A stretch of 36,280 nucleotides of DNA from contig JAEOTS010000099.1 of the NCBI GenBank assembly GCA_016839745.1, forward strand, positions 1 through 36,280, given 5' to 3'. This DNA comes from Promethearchaeota archaeon. Lineage in GTDB: Archaea; Asgardarchaeota; Lokiarchaeia; Sigyniarchaeales; SOKP01. The stretch's first letter is position 1. Every line of letters starts with the position of its first letter. The notes beneath the pieces were generated by a model. The model was not told the origin of the DNA. It saw only the letters and a program-made list of their open reading frames with translations, and made no database searches. Of this stretch, positions 27,401-36,280 are shown piece after piece. The translations under genes and the position numbers were made by a program.

Positions 27401-30400
27401 ATGGACGAGTTTATAGTCAACGACTTTCTCTCTTTGAGATTAGAAGGTGGTAAGACCAATATATACATCAATGGCAAACGTTTTAATCAGTGCAAGTTTT
27501 TAATGTTAGATATTCCAATAGAGGAGACCGCGAGATTCGACGAAATTGATTCTATAGACGAGGTTGCTGACATTTTAGGTTGGAAAGATCGAGGTCAAGA
27601 AGGAGTTAAATACGAAATTGACCCAGAAACGGAATTTTGGGGGCACTGTTCAAACCTACAAGCATGGTATGAAAACGATTACGATACACGATTACTCCAT
27701 AGGAGTATTGCATTTTCTTTACTGAAGAAACTTTCTGAAGTTGGAGATCCCCTTGCTAAAAAAGTGTTCGCAGATGAGATTGCAAAACGTTTCGAGAGTG
27801 AATATCCTAATGTAATTGTGTTCATATTGACTACAGGATTATTAAAGATCTTGAATAATGAAGAACGGGGAGTTCTGATAGAACAGAACATTCCAATTAT
27901 TTTAACTGCAATAGAAAACCTTACAGTTAGTGCAAAACCTAAAGCATTTGTTCACTTAGTCGATACAATTAGAAATACCGTGGTAACAAGCAAAACTTTA
28001 TCTCAGATTGAAGCGAAATTTCTGATTATTTTAGAATCTATAGATAAAGTAGATGAATCTATCAATCTTGAAGTGTTTTCTAACTTATTAAAAATAGCAA
28101 TAGAAACAGAGTGGATAGAAAAATATTTTTCTACGTTCTTGGAGGTTATCGATATTTTGCCTAGTTATCAAAAGAGTAAAGCATTTGTTCATTTGGTTGA
28201 TGCAATTAAAAATACCGATTTAATGAGTAAACATTTATCTCAAATTGAAGCAGAATTTCTGATTATCTTGGAGTCTCTGGATAAATTAGCTGGATCTCTC
28301 AACCATGATGCATTTTCTAACTTATTAAAAATAGCAATAGACACATCTTGGATAGAAAAATATTTTTCTTCCTTCTTAGATTGTTTAGCTACTACATCTC
28401 TTTCTACCTTTATCAGTTTTAAGAAATACAGTGAGTTTTCTGATCTACTTGAAGCGGCTAAGGAAAAAGGATGGATAGAAAGATATTTCAATTCCTTCTT
28501 GGATGTTATAGAGATATTTTCTATTCCCTACAAACTTGAGGCTATTTGTAGTTTGATTTATGCTATAAAAGGTACTAAGTTATTAAATGAAAAATATTCT
28601 CAAATTGAAACCGTATTCTTGGCTATCGTAGAGTCTAAAAATGAATTTATATTTTATGAAACCGAAGAAGAAGAAGAGTCTTTTTTTAATCTCCTTAAAA
28701 TAGCAGAGGAAATAGGATGGATTGATAAACATTTCTCTGTACTCTTGGAGAATCTAAATCTATCGTCAAATCTTGAATTTTCTGCATTGCTTGAAGTAGC
28801 AGACCAAAAAGGATGGGTAGAAGAATATCTTTATGATTTCTTAGAACTTATTCAAAAAATATCTATTTCTTCCCGTTTTCGTGCGTTTTCGGAAATATTC
28901 TATGCAGCTCGAAATAAATATTATTCTCAAAGTGAAACCATTTTCTTGACTATTTTAGAATCAATAAATCAATACGAGGATGAGGATAGGGTAGTTCCTA
29001 CCCTTCTAGATATGGCAAAAGAATTGGGATGGAAAGATGAATATCTCTATGCATTCATACAGAATATTGATAAACTCTTTGGTGAGATAAAATATGACTT
29101 ATTTAAGGGTTTATTAGAAAAACTTAAGGGAACTAAATTATTGGAAAATAATTTCCATCTATTCTTGGAGATTATAGATAATCTCTCAACTAAAATTAAA
29201 TATGACTATTTTAACAGTATGCTTAGGGAACTCAAGAGAACAAAATTATTGGAAAAGAAATTCCTTTTTATCCTGGAGATAGTTAACGAAAGGTTTGGCA
29301 AAGACAAGTATCGTGCATTTAACCAATTAATCACTTCAATTAAAAACACTGAAATAATGACAACATACTTTTCTCAAATTGAGACATATTTTCATAGTTT
29401 GGCTGGGTCTATCGATAGATTACCTGACAAAGAGAAGTATATTGCTATTTATTCTTTAAGCAATTCAATCAGAGAAACTGAGTTATTTGAAAATTTTATT
29501 TCTCAAAATGAAACTCTAATTTTTACTCTATTGAATGGTATTGATAAATTATGCGCTTGCGACGATTATGATTGCGATAATTATCACATGTCAGATGCTT
29601 ATTCCAGTTTGATTGCCACAATCCGAGATACTGAATTAATGAGAAAATATTTTTCTGCTTTTTTAGATATTCTAAGTAAAATTAAAGGTAGACGCCTACC
29701 TTATTATCCTTTTTTAGAACTACTTAGAGTAGCAGAAGAAATGGGATTACTAGAAAAACATTTTCATGATTTCTTAAAGACTTTAAATAATTTACCTGAT
29801 GATGCCCGTTATCGTTCGTTTTCAGAGTTACTTAATGTAGCAAAAAAAGACGGAAAAATTGAAAGCCGTTTCCATGAGTTTTTGAAGATTGTAGATAATT
29901 TACCTAACAAAGAAAAAAGTCGTGCGCTTTCTGACTTGATCGATTCGATAAAAGGTACCTTGTCAATGAGCAAACTATATCCTTATCTTGAAGAGTGTTT
30001 TCTTAACTTCTTGGAGATTATACATAAAAACACTGACACTTTTTTTGACTTAATTAAAATTTTAGAGGAAACGGGTTTAAAAAAAGATTTTATCCCTACT
30101 TTGTTGGATTTTACATTTAAATTACCTCCTGATTGGTCTAAAGATAATAACTTTTCAGCTATACTTAATCTAGTAAAGGGAACAGGAACGATAAGCGAAA
30201 ATCTGCATTCTATCTTGGAAAATTTAGAAAGATTAAACGATTGGGATAGGATTAACGTTTTTTCAGACCTAATTAAAGTTTTAAGCGAAAATGGATTAAT
30301 GGAAGAATTTTTTGCTACCATCATGGAAACAGTAGTCAAACTAGATGATGTGGCCAAGTATAGTGTTTATTCTAAACTTATTAATTTAATCAAAGAAACC

Positions 30401-31492
30401 GAGTTAATTAACAATTATAATTCCCAAATTAAGGCTCACTTTCTCGTATTACTTAAAAATATGGATGAATTACATGATAAAGACAAATTTCAAGCTTTAA
30501 ATTATCTATTTCGGATTGCAATCGAAATAGGTTGGATTGAAGAACACTTTTCTAGCTTGTTAGAGTATTACAAAACATTTGCTGGTCTATACCAATATAA
30601 CTCATTTTCCAAATTGATTAATTTTTTCATTGAAACAAAGCTATTTAAAAAATTTAAATCCCAAATTGGAGAACAATTTCTCATTCTATTGGAAAATTTA
30701 GAAGAACTGCCTGTTAACGACAAGTCTAGTGCTTTTTACACACTATTTGAAGTAGCGAGGAAAACAGGATGGTTGGAAGAATATTTCTCTGAATTCTTGA
30801 AACAGGACTCCTGGTTTTATGATCTGATTTCAACATTAAAGGCTTATGACAAAAATTATTATTTGCTATTAGACAAGCATTATTCTCAAATTGAACCGTT
30901 ATTCCTAGCAAAATTGAATAGAACAGATTATTTATTTGATAATCATGGATATCCCCTTCTTTCCTATTTGCTCGATTTATTCAAAAATACTAAATTAGTT
31001 AAAAACTATTATTCCCAAATTGAAGCTAAGATTCCAATTCTACTTGATAATATAGACACTTTACATGGGTATAACCAGTATAGTGGTTTTTTGGACCTTC
31101 TTGGAAGAACAAGAGAAATGGGATGGATAGAAAAATATTTCCTTAATTTCTTGAAAGCTTTAGATAAATTACAAAATGAAGGTACAGAATACAAATATAA
31201 CGCTTTTAATGCTCTGTTAAAATCAGTCAAGAGTACCAAGTTGATGAGCAAATATTATTCTCAAATTGCTCTTCAATTTTTTTCACTATTGAATAGTATT
31301 GAAAAATTATGTGATTGTAATAATGTCGGAGGGGAAGAATGTTATGAGTATCACCAACAAGATGCCTTTTACAATCTACGCGATGTAATCAAGGATACAG
31401 AATTGGAAAATGATCCTGCTTTTAAAAAATGGAAGAAACTGCAAAGCGAGAATGCTCTTAAGAAATGGGAAGAACATAAAAGTAAATATTAG
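27401..31492 (+). CDS. 1363-aa alpha-helical repeat (HEAT/ARM-like solenoid) protein with a Lokiarchaeia-type N-terminal domain
   Basis: N-terminal FNQCKFL...IDSIDE...EFWGHCSNLQAWYENDYDTRLLH...GDPLAKKVF, then many ~36-43-aa repeats (AFxxLLxxA..GWIEKYF..FL and L..K.YSQIE..F). Confidence 0.8.
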   Translation: MDEFIVNDFLSLRLEGGKTNIYINGKRFNQCKFLMLDIPIEETARFDEIDSIDEVADILGWKDRGQEGVKYEIDPETEFWGHCSNLQAWYENDYDTRLLHRSIAFSLLKKLSEVGDPLAKKVFADEIAKRFESEYPNVIVFILTTGLLKILNNEERGVLIEQNIPIILTAIENLTVSAKPKAFVHLVDTIRNTVVTSKTLSQIEAKFLIILESIDKVDESINLEVFSNLLKIAIETEWIEKYFSTFLEVIDILPSYQKSKAFVHLVDAIKNTDLMSKHLSQIEAEFLIILESLDKLAGSLNHDAFSNLLKIAIDTSWIEKYFSSFLDCLATTSLSTFISFKKYSEFSDLLEAAKEKGWIERYFNSFLDVIEIFSIPYKLEAICSLIYAIKGTKLLNEKYSQIETVFLAIVESKNEFIFYETEEEEESFFNLLKIAEEIGWIDKHFSVLLENLNLSSNLEFSALLEVADQKGWVEEYLYDFLELIQKISISSRFRAFSEIFYAARNKYYSQSETIFLTILESINQYEDEDRVVPTLLDMAKELGWKDEYLYAFIQNIDKLFGEIKYDLFKGLLEKLKGTKLLENNFHLFLEIIDNLSTKIKYDYFNSMLRELKRTKLLEKKFLFILEIVNERFGKDKYRAFNQLITSIKNTEIMTTYFSQIETYFHSLAGSIDRLPDKEKYIAIYSLSNSIRETELFENFISQNETLIFTLLNGIDKLCACDDYDCDNYHMSDAYSSLIATIRDTELMRKYFSAFLDILSKIKGRRLPYYPFLELLRVAEEMGLLEKHFHDFLKTLNNLPDDARYRSFSELLNVAKKDGKIESRFHEFLKIVDNLPNKEKSRALSDLIDSIKGTLSMSKLYPYLEECFLNFLEIIHKNTDTFFDLIKILEETGLKKDFIPTLLDFTFKLPPDWSKDNNFSAILNLVKGTGTISENLHSILENLERLNDWDRINVFSDLIKVLSENGLMEEFFATIMETVVKLDDVAKYSVYSKLINLIKETELINNYNSQIKAHFLVLLKNMDELHDKDKFQALNYLFRIAIEIGWIEEHFSSLLEYYKTFAGLYQYNSFSKLINFFIETKLFKKFKSQIGEQFLILLENLEELPVNDKSSAFYTLFEVARKTGWLEEYFSEFLKQDSWFYDLISTLKAYDKNYYLLLDKHYSQIEPLFLAKLNRTDYLFDNHGYPLLSYLLDLFKNTKLVKNYYSQIEAKIPILLDNIDTLHGYNQYSGFLDLLGRTREMGWIEKYFLNFLKALDKLQNEGTEYKYNAFNALLKSVKSTKLMSKYYSQIALQFFSLLNSIEKLCDCNNVGGEECYEYHQQDAFYNLRDVIKDTELENDPAFKKWKKLQSENALKKWEEHKSKY
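27941..28377 (+). repeat. Intragenic tandem duplication with a 237-nt (79-aa) period
   Basis: AAAGCATTTGTTCA at 27941 and 28178; TTTTCTAACTTATTAAAAATAGCAATAGA and TGGATAGAAAAATATTTTTCT are shared by both copies. Confidence 0.85.
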
Positions 31493-32385
31493 GTAACCCT
31501 AAAAAATCCCCTCTCTTCTAAAAATTCTACCTTTTTTCTGAATCCTTTCACATTATCTTTTATCCCGAGACGATTGAACAATTTATTCTGAATTGACTTC
31601 TGAAGCGAGCTCTGACTAATATTGAACTCTTTACAAATCGATTTCATAGTGCGGTCTTCACACTTAGAGAGGATAATTACAATTCCTGTTACTAAGCCTG
31701 CTATTACGTCGTCTTTTGAGTCTCTTATTAAGTTCCAGAATTTTTTAAGCAACTTTATTGATTGATTGTAGACTCTTCCATAACCAATAACGCCTCCAAT
31801 TCTAGTGCAAATATACTTATATCGATCTCTAACTTTGTAAGCTGACCAGAATCTTTCCATGTGGATTCGAAATGCGTTGAATTCTTTCTTCGATATCTCT
31901 GAGTTTTCAAAAAGTGTTTTAATATCAATAACAATGTTTAATTCTTTAAAGTAAAAATAAATAATGAAAGGAATCAGCTTTTTAGGATTCTGAAATTTGG
32001 AACTTGCTGGAAATTGAGTTCGAACATCTTCAAATTTTTTTAGAATTATTCGAATCTCTTTATTAGAACGCCCCAATTTCTCTAACATGGTTTTAGTTAG
32101 AGTGAAGGCAACCATCATTGTTTTGTTGTTATATGTTTTAATAGAGTCTAGCTTGCTTAGGTATAGGATTTTCATTTTATTTGTAGACATCTTTCTTTCT
32201 CCCTCAGTACCCATTGTAGTCATATTTAATGAATAATTTTGTTCTTGAATCTTATTTCTTTCAATCCTCGTTAATTCTTGGTCAGTTCCGCAACTAGTAC
32301 AAACACTTCCATAAGTTGTTTCTCTAATATGAGCTGATCCACAGTAATAACACAGTACAATGGATTCGTTATCTGTAAATTCCAT
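31489..32385 (-). CDS. Divergent TFB/TFIIB-like protein (Zn ribbon plus cyclin-like repeats)
   Basis: CYYCGS...VCTSCG ribbon, then helical repeats with L...IIY and a C-terminal ICKEFNISQSSL HTH. The likely start is the ATG at 32385. Confidence 0.68.
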   Translation of the reverse strand: MEFTDNESIVLCYYCGSAHIRETTYGSVCTSCGTDQELTRIERNKIQEQNYSLNMTTMGTEGERKMSTNKMKILYLSKLDSIKTYNNKTMMVAFTLTKTMLEKLGRSNKEIRIILKKFEDVRTQFPASSKFQNPKKLIPFIIYFYFKELNIVIDIKTLFENSEISKKEFNAFRIHMERFWSAYKVRDRYKYICTRIGGVIGYGRVYNQSIKLLKKFWNLIRDSKDDVIAGLVTGIVIILSKCEDRTMKSICKEFNISQSSLQKSIQNKLFNRLGIKDNVKGFRKKVEFLEERGFFRVT

Positions 32386-32478
32386 GCAACACTTATAGTA
32401 TATCTCTTTATAAAGAACAAAAAAGACAAGAAATCGGATTTTTCCTTTATAAAGAAATAGAATATATTTCATTTGAAT

Positions 32479-32793
32479 ATGAATGAAACAAACTATTGCC
32501 CCCGATGTGGAAATTGCAATGTGATAAATTATGTTGATACTTTTGAGTGTCCCAGATGTAATTTGGAGTTTTTGAGCAGTTCTCTGCAGAATTTCGAACC
32601 TGAAAACGTTTTATCTATTCAGGAGATAATGGCTTTCCTAAAAATAATTAAGAATCCAGAAGGTTATTGTTTTACAGAGTATTCAGGAGTAAAAATGGGG
32701 ATTCTTTCATTACTTTTTAAGACAAGATCGGAGAGTGTGATTAGTTTGCTTTTATTAGCCTTCATGGTTTTATTGCCTATTTTTTCCCTTTAA
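32479..32793 (+). CDS. Small Zn-ribbon protein with a hydrophobic C-terminus
   Basis: CPRC...CPRC; divergent from the TFB-like gene; ATG at 32479. Confidence 0.62.
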   Translation: MNETNYCPRCGNCNVINYVDTFECPRCNLEFLSSSLQNFEPENVLSIQEIMAFLKIIKNPEGYCFTEYSGVKMGILSLLFKTRSESVISLLLLAFMVLLPIFSL

Positions 32794-32849
32794 ATATAAA
32801 GAGTTTATAGACTAGTTAAAGTCTATAGAAATTGATATAGTGTTTAAAA

Positions 32850-33506
32850 ATGTTAGAAAAGTTGAATAAAAAAAGTATTAAATACAAGTTGAAAGAGGGG
32901 ACACTAGAAAATTTAAGGAGAACCTTAGGATTAGAAGGTGAGGGGACAAGGGAATCACCAATAATAATTGACGATTTGGGCGATGTAGCCCTAAGATTAT
33001 CGTTAAGAACTAAAGGCGTGTTTCTCATTTTAAGAAATCTTGCCATCAGTAAACTGTCGATTATTAACTCTCAGAATATCACTGTTGAGAATTGTTTTAT
33101 AGGTAACATAGAACTATCAGTTTGCCGTAATCTAATTTTTACAAATAATACGATTTTATCGATTCGACAGGTTCTATGTAAAAACTGTCTCTTTGAAAAT
33201 AATACCATAATGCAGAAAGAATATAATAGGTTAATCCATAATGCCCACGAAAGGAGGACATTCATCTCTGTATGGATTTGTCTATTCGTTGGGATATTGT
33301 ATACAGCCTTCGCGGTTATTTCTATTGTGTTTTTGTACGTGACTTTAGATACCGTTGTTTTTCTGGTTTCAGGGGTTCTTCTAGCGATTGCGATGTTATA
33401 TATGTTGTACCTGCGCAGAAAGGTTAATAAAATGCCTCAAAATAAATATATTAACTTTAAACTTCAAGAGAAAGACGTCCTAGTATCTTCTTCTTATTTA
33501 CAGTAA
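32850..33506 (+). CDS. Short parallel beta-helix-like domain plus two C-terminal TM helices
   Basis: GEGTRESPIII cap motif; NITVENC, NLIFTNN and NCLFENN repeats; two hydrophobic helices. Confidence 0.65.
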   Translation: MLEKLNKKSIKYKLKEGTLENLRRTLGLEGEGTRESPIIIDDLGDVALRLSLRTKGVFLILRNLAISKLSIINSQNITVENCFIGNIELSVCRNLIFTNNTILSIRQVLCKNCLFENNTIMQKEYNRLIHNAHERRTFISVWICLFVGILYTAFAVISIVFLYVTLDTVVFLVSGVLLAIAMLYMLYLRRKVNKMPQNKYINFKLQEKDVLVSSSYLQ

Positions 33507-33529
33507 TCTCATATAAAGAGGTAGAATTT

Positions 33530-33889
33530 GTGAGTCGTAGAAAAAAGTCCGGTAATGGTAGGATTTCTAAACTATCTTTATTTCTTATAGTGATTTCCCT
33601 CTTTGTTTTGCTTGTCTTTCCTTTTTTTGGGGATTTCATAAGAGGTACGATTAGTATGGGTTTAGCCCCCCTTCAGAGCGTAGGATCGACTCTTCTGTGG
33701 ATTGGCATACTAGTAGTGGTGGTGGGTGTTGGCATGATGCTTCCGCTAGGCGAAGGCAAGTCATTTGGTAGTAAGCGTTCGTTAAAACTTGTATTAGTGG
33801 GTATCATATTAATTGTGATAGGATTGTTCCTTGAAAATCCCCTAAGCCTGTTCTCCGAGGGCGGTGGGGCCAGTTTAGGTTATCATTAA
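33530..33889 (+). CDS. Small membrane protein, possibly VirB2/TrbC-like propilin
   Basis: Basic plus hydrophobic leader, then a Gly-rich helical hairpin with a basic loop (KSFGSKRSLK); GAGGT upstream of the GTG start. Confidence 0.55.
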   Translation: MSRRKKSGNGRISKLSLFLIVISLFVLLVFPFFGDFIRGTISMGLAPLQSVGSTLLWIGILVVVVGVGMMLPLGEGKSFGSKRSLKLVLVGIILIVIGLFLENPLSLFSEGGGASLGYH

Positions 33890-34104
33890 AACCGAAAATA
33901 CTTAATCCCTGTAGTTACACCAAAGAGAACAAGAAATACCACACTAACAAGTAAGATTTTTAATCCCTTGGTTTTAAAGGGTCTTGACCCAAAAAATAAC
34001 ATATATCCTCCCAAAATTACACCAAATATACCAACGAGGGAACCCAGAGCCATAAGAAACTCAAAACCAGCAAGTACATCCGATAAATACGATCCAGCAT
34101 CCAT
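33886..34104 (-). CDS. 72-aa two-TM protein, VirB2/CedA1-like pilin candidate
   Basis: Amphipathic N-terminal helix, LGSLVGIFGVILGGYMLFF, basic loop SRPFKTKGLK, second TM helix. Confidence 0.55.
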   Translation of the reverse strand: MDAGSYLSDVLAGFEFLMALGSLVGIFGVILGGYMLFFGSRPFKTKGLKILLVSVVFLVLFGVTTGIKYFRF

Positions 34105-34195
34105 TTCTGATCAAAATTACTAAGTCCTTTGATCGCCTTATAAACTGAATCTATTTAAAAGAAAATTATCAGATGATTATTACAGATATTATATT

Positions 34196-34819
34196 TTAGA
34201 GAAATAATGGTAGGCATGTAGTAAATCCCATTAATAATCCTACTACAATGCCCATTATTAAAGAAACTATTGACTTTTTTGATATCTGGCCTTGTTTATT
34301 TATTATCTGCCATAAACTTAATGTAATCGTCAATAGAGCCATAAAGGACGCGATAGCTACCCCGTAGTAAATAGTTTTTTCGTAAGGATAAGTAGCTTTA
34401 CTAATATCTGAAACATTATTAAGCGCGAAGGGATCGATCTCTAATGGGGTGAAAAAGTTAAAAATAAATCGATCTGGTAATGGATCCAAAACAACTAGCA
34501 AGAAGTATGTGAACCAATCGAGTAGAATTCCAAACGCGAAAACGATGTAGAAAGTCCCTAGAATTAGACGAGGCTTCGTCATCGGATTATCTGACAATTT
34601 TTCCTCCTTACTATACCTTATCCGTTCTAAAATGAACTTTCCTCTCAGGGCAAATAAAGTTAAAATTCCGATAATGAGCAGAATTCCAAAGAACACATAC
34701 TTCAAATACCCAAATAATAATTCTATAAATGAATTAATAGAAATAAACACATCATCAAAGTTAGGCAATGGGAAAATACTATTGAAACTTCGTGAGATCA
34801 TTAACATTACCTCTAACAA
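34196..34819 (-). CDS. Four-TM membrane protein of unknown function
   Basis: Four hydrophobic segments; upstream of and co-oriented with the pilin-like gene. Confidence 0.7.
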   Translation of the reverse strand: MLEVMLMISRSFNSIFPLPNFDDVFISINSFIELLFGYLKYVFFGILLIIGILTLFALRGKFILERIRYSKEEKLSDNPMTKPRLILGTFYIVFAFGILLDWFTYFLLVVLDPLPDRFIFNFFTPLEIDPFALNNVSDISKATYPYEKTIYYGVAIASFMALLTITLSLWQIINKQGQISKKSIVSLIMGIVVGLLMGFTTCLPLFL

Positions 34820-34833
34820 TACCTATTTAAATT

Positions 34834-35217
34834 CTACAAATTACTTTCCTTTTTCGTTGCTAGACTTTTTATGGAGGTTCTAGCTTGCCTAATAATTGTG
34901 TATTCGTATAATACAGCGCATACAACTAATAACAGAGAATATACATTGCTTAGAACAACATTAAAAAACGGAACTTCAAAAATATCTAAAAAAAGATAAG
35001 GAATGGAAATGAGAATAAAAATGCTGGCGCTGGATATCAAAAGAAACCTATTAACTACGATCCACATTGAAACCTTATAATTCTTATGCTGAAAGATATA
35101 GACAATCCCGTTTAAAATGCACAATCCTATTAGCCAACCAAGAAATACCAGGTAAAAGAGCTCTGAATCTAAATACCTAATCATTAACTTATTTTTATAA
35201 CGCGACCATAAAAACAC
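34834..35217 (-). CDS. Small three-TM membrane protein
   Basis: Three hydrophobic helices; start uncertain (GTG 35217 or ATG 35184). Confidence 0.6.
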   Translation of the reverse strand: MFLWSRYKNKLMIRYLDSELFYLVFLGWLIGLCILNGIVYIFQHKNYKVSMWIVVNRFLLISSASIFILISIPYLFLDIFEVPFFNVVLSNVYSLLLVVCAVLYEYTIIRQARTSIKSLATKKESNL

Positions 35218-35298
35218 CTACTTTTTTCGACATATCGATTTATGTTATGAAAAACTCTTTTTTTCTCTTTTTCACCAAAAATAAAAAATAAGCTATTA

Positions 35299-35904
35299 TT
35301 AATTTTCTTTAAGTAAACCTAAAATGCCTGAGAAAATGGCGAACCCTCCTGCTAAAAAGGCTAGAATTAATCCAACTGGAACCACTGTAGTTAAAACGGA
35401 CGGATACTGTGGTGGAATTATATAATTTAGTAGAAAAATATTGGTAATAATAAGGATAGCCCCTAATATAATTAAAATAATATTTCTTTTTTTTATGGTG
35501 TCTACATCAAGGCTTTTTGAGTTTTTCTCGACATTAGCGATATTAAAAATCGGTACAAAGAGAATTATGTGGATTATTGCAAAAATTAACACGCTATAAT
35601 GGACGTTGTAATTAAATCCAAATGATAATAACCACCAATACCCCCCAATACTTTGGCTAGGGGGCCCAATAATCAAATAATGAACAAATTGATAAGGAAG
35701 CACTAATGTGGCGGCTATAAAAATAGCAACTGTAAAATTTAATTTCCAAAAATACTTTTTTCTTTTAACCTGATCTGGTTTAAACGCAACTTCTTGGCTG
35801 ATACTATTAATACCTTGTTCTTTTACTAATTGAGCACCACAGGAATGGCACCATTCCCAATATGGCTTAATTGTATTATTACACTCGGGACAAAACATAG
35901 TCAT
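35299..35904 (-). CDS. Zinc-ribbon-domain membrane protein
   Basis: FCPEC...WCHSCG at the N-terminus followed by four TM helices. Confidence 0.78.
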   Translation of the reverse strand: MTMFCPECNNTIKPYWEWCHSCGAQLVKEQGINSISQEVAFKPDQVKRKKYFWKLNFTVAIFIAATLVLPYQFVHYLIIGPPSQSIGGYWWLLSFGFNYNVHYSVLIFAIIHIILFVPIFNIANVEKNSKSLDVDTIKKRNIILIILGAILIITNIFLLNYIIPPQYPSVLTTVVPVGLILAFLAGGFAIFSGILGLLKEN

Positions 35905-35978
35905 TACTCTTTATCAAATATAAGTCAATTGAAGATATATTGAGTAATGATTAGTTCTTTGGTATTTAAAAGTTGTTA

Positions 35979-36280
35979 TTAACCGGAAAAATACTTTCTC
36001 CTGATCGCAATTATAGTAACGAGCGAGAATGCACCAAGCAAGATGATCAAGTTGTATCCAGGAATAGTCGGTGGTTCAGGGGATTCTTTTTCTGGCTCTA
36101 GAGTGTCTTTCCAAACAGTTCGAGTACCACAACCGATATTATCATTTTTTTAACCTAAAAATTACATAACAATTAATAGTCATACCAGTTCCAGCAAAAG
36201 AAATATTAAATACTTCGTAATTTGGGTTTTCAAACCTAAACTGTTCTATTTTTTCATTTACATTCTTCCACTTACAATAC
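35979..36280 (-). pseudogene. 3' end of a surface-protein gene with a Loki-CTERM-like sorting signal, interrupted by an apparent frameshift or truncated
   Basis: Minus-strand frame 36149-35979 reads KNDNIGCGTRTVWKDTLEPEKESPEPPTIPGYNLIILLGAFSLVTIIAIRRKYFSG* with no ATG. A second frame is open from the window edge and stops at 36142 after an A7 run. Confidence 0.55.

Noticed and set aside
5927-34883. Numerous 60-125 aa shadow ORFs (e.g. 5927-6175, 7037-7252, 12049-12423, 18528-18867, 24074-24599, 24754-25113, 29983-30357, 33071-33265)
   Set aside because: They lie antisense or out of frame within well-supported long CDSs and have no recognisable motifs.
35983-35990. Possible att duplication of the leuS 3' end (CCGGAAAA also near 20693)
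   Set aside because: Only about 8 nt match, which is expected by chance; no integrase in the window.

Overview
AT-rich archaeal DNA, most likely Asgard Lokiarchaeia. This is inferred from a Loki-CTERM-like IPGY-TM-RRK tail, an 'EFWGHCSNLQAW...YDTRLLH' domain typical of Loki paralog expansions, and a divergent TFB. Layout: (1) 1-7688, a DUF4129/DUF4350-MoxR-DUF58-membrane protein operon. (2) 7707-12938, a minus-strand operon joining archaeal-type lipoate synthesis (lipS2, ligase, lipS1) to F420 synthesis (cofE-nitroreductase fusion, cofD). (3) 13052-17424, an accessory, probably defence-related cassette: GIY-YIG, small membrane protein, DUF3800 and an orphan TOPRIM protein, divergent from a CARF-like/wHTH regulator. 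(4) A palindrome-rich intergenic region with a candidate structured small RNA or IS200/IS605 end relic. (5) leuS with a bacterial-type core and an archaeal-type C-terminus. (6) 20723 to about 34800, an accessory region and the best candidate for an undescribed system. Its core is an operon of membrane HExxH metalloprotease, HerA/VirB4-like ATPase and a 1264-aa protein (acidic N-terminus, tandem HTH-like repeats, splicing-dead intein scaffold with apparently intact LAGLIDADG motifs). Nearby are a large helical-repeat protein, a divergent TFB paralog and two VirB2/CedA1-like small membrane proteins. All family assignments come from reading motifs by eye; no searches were run.
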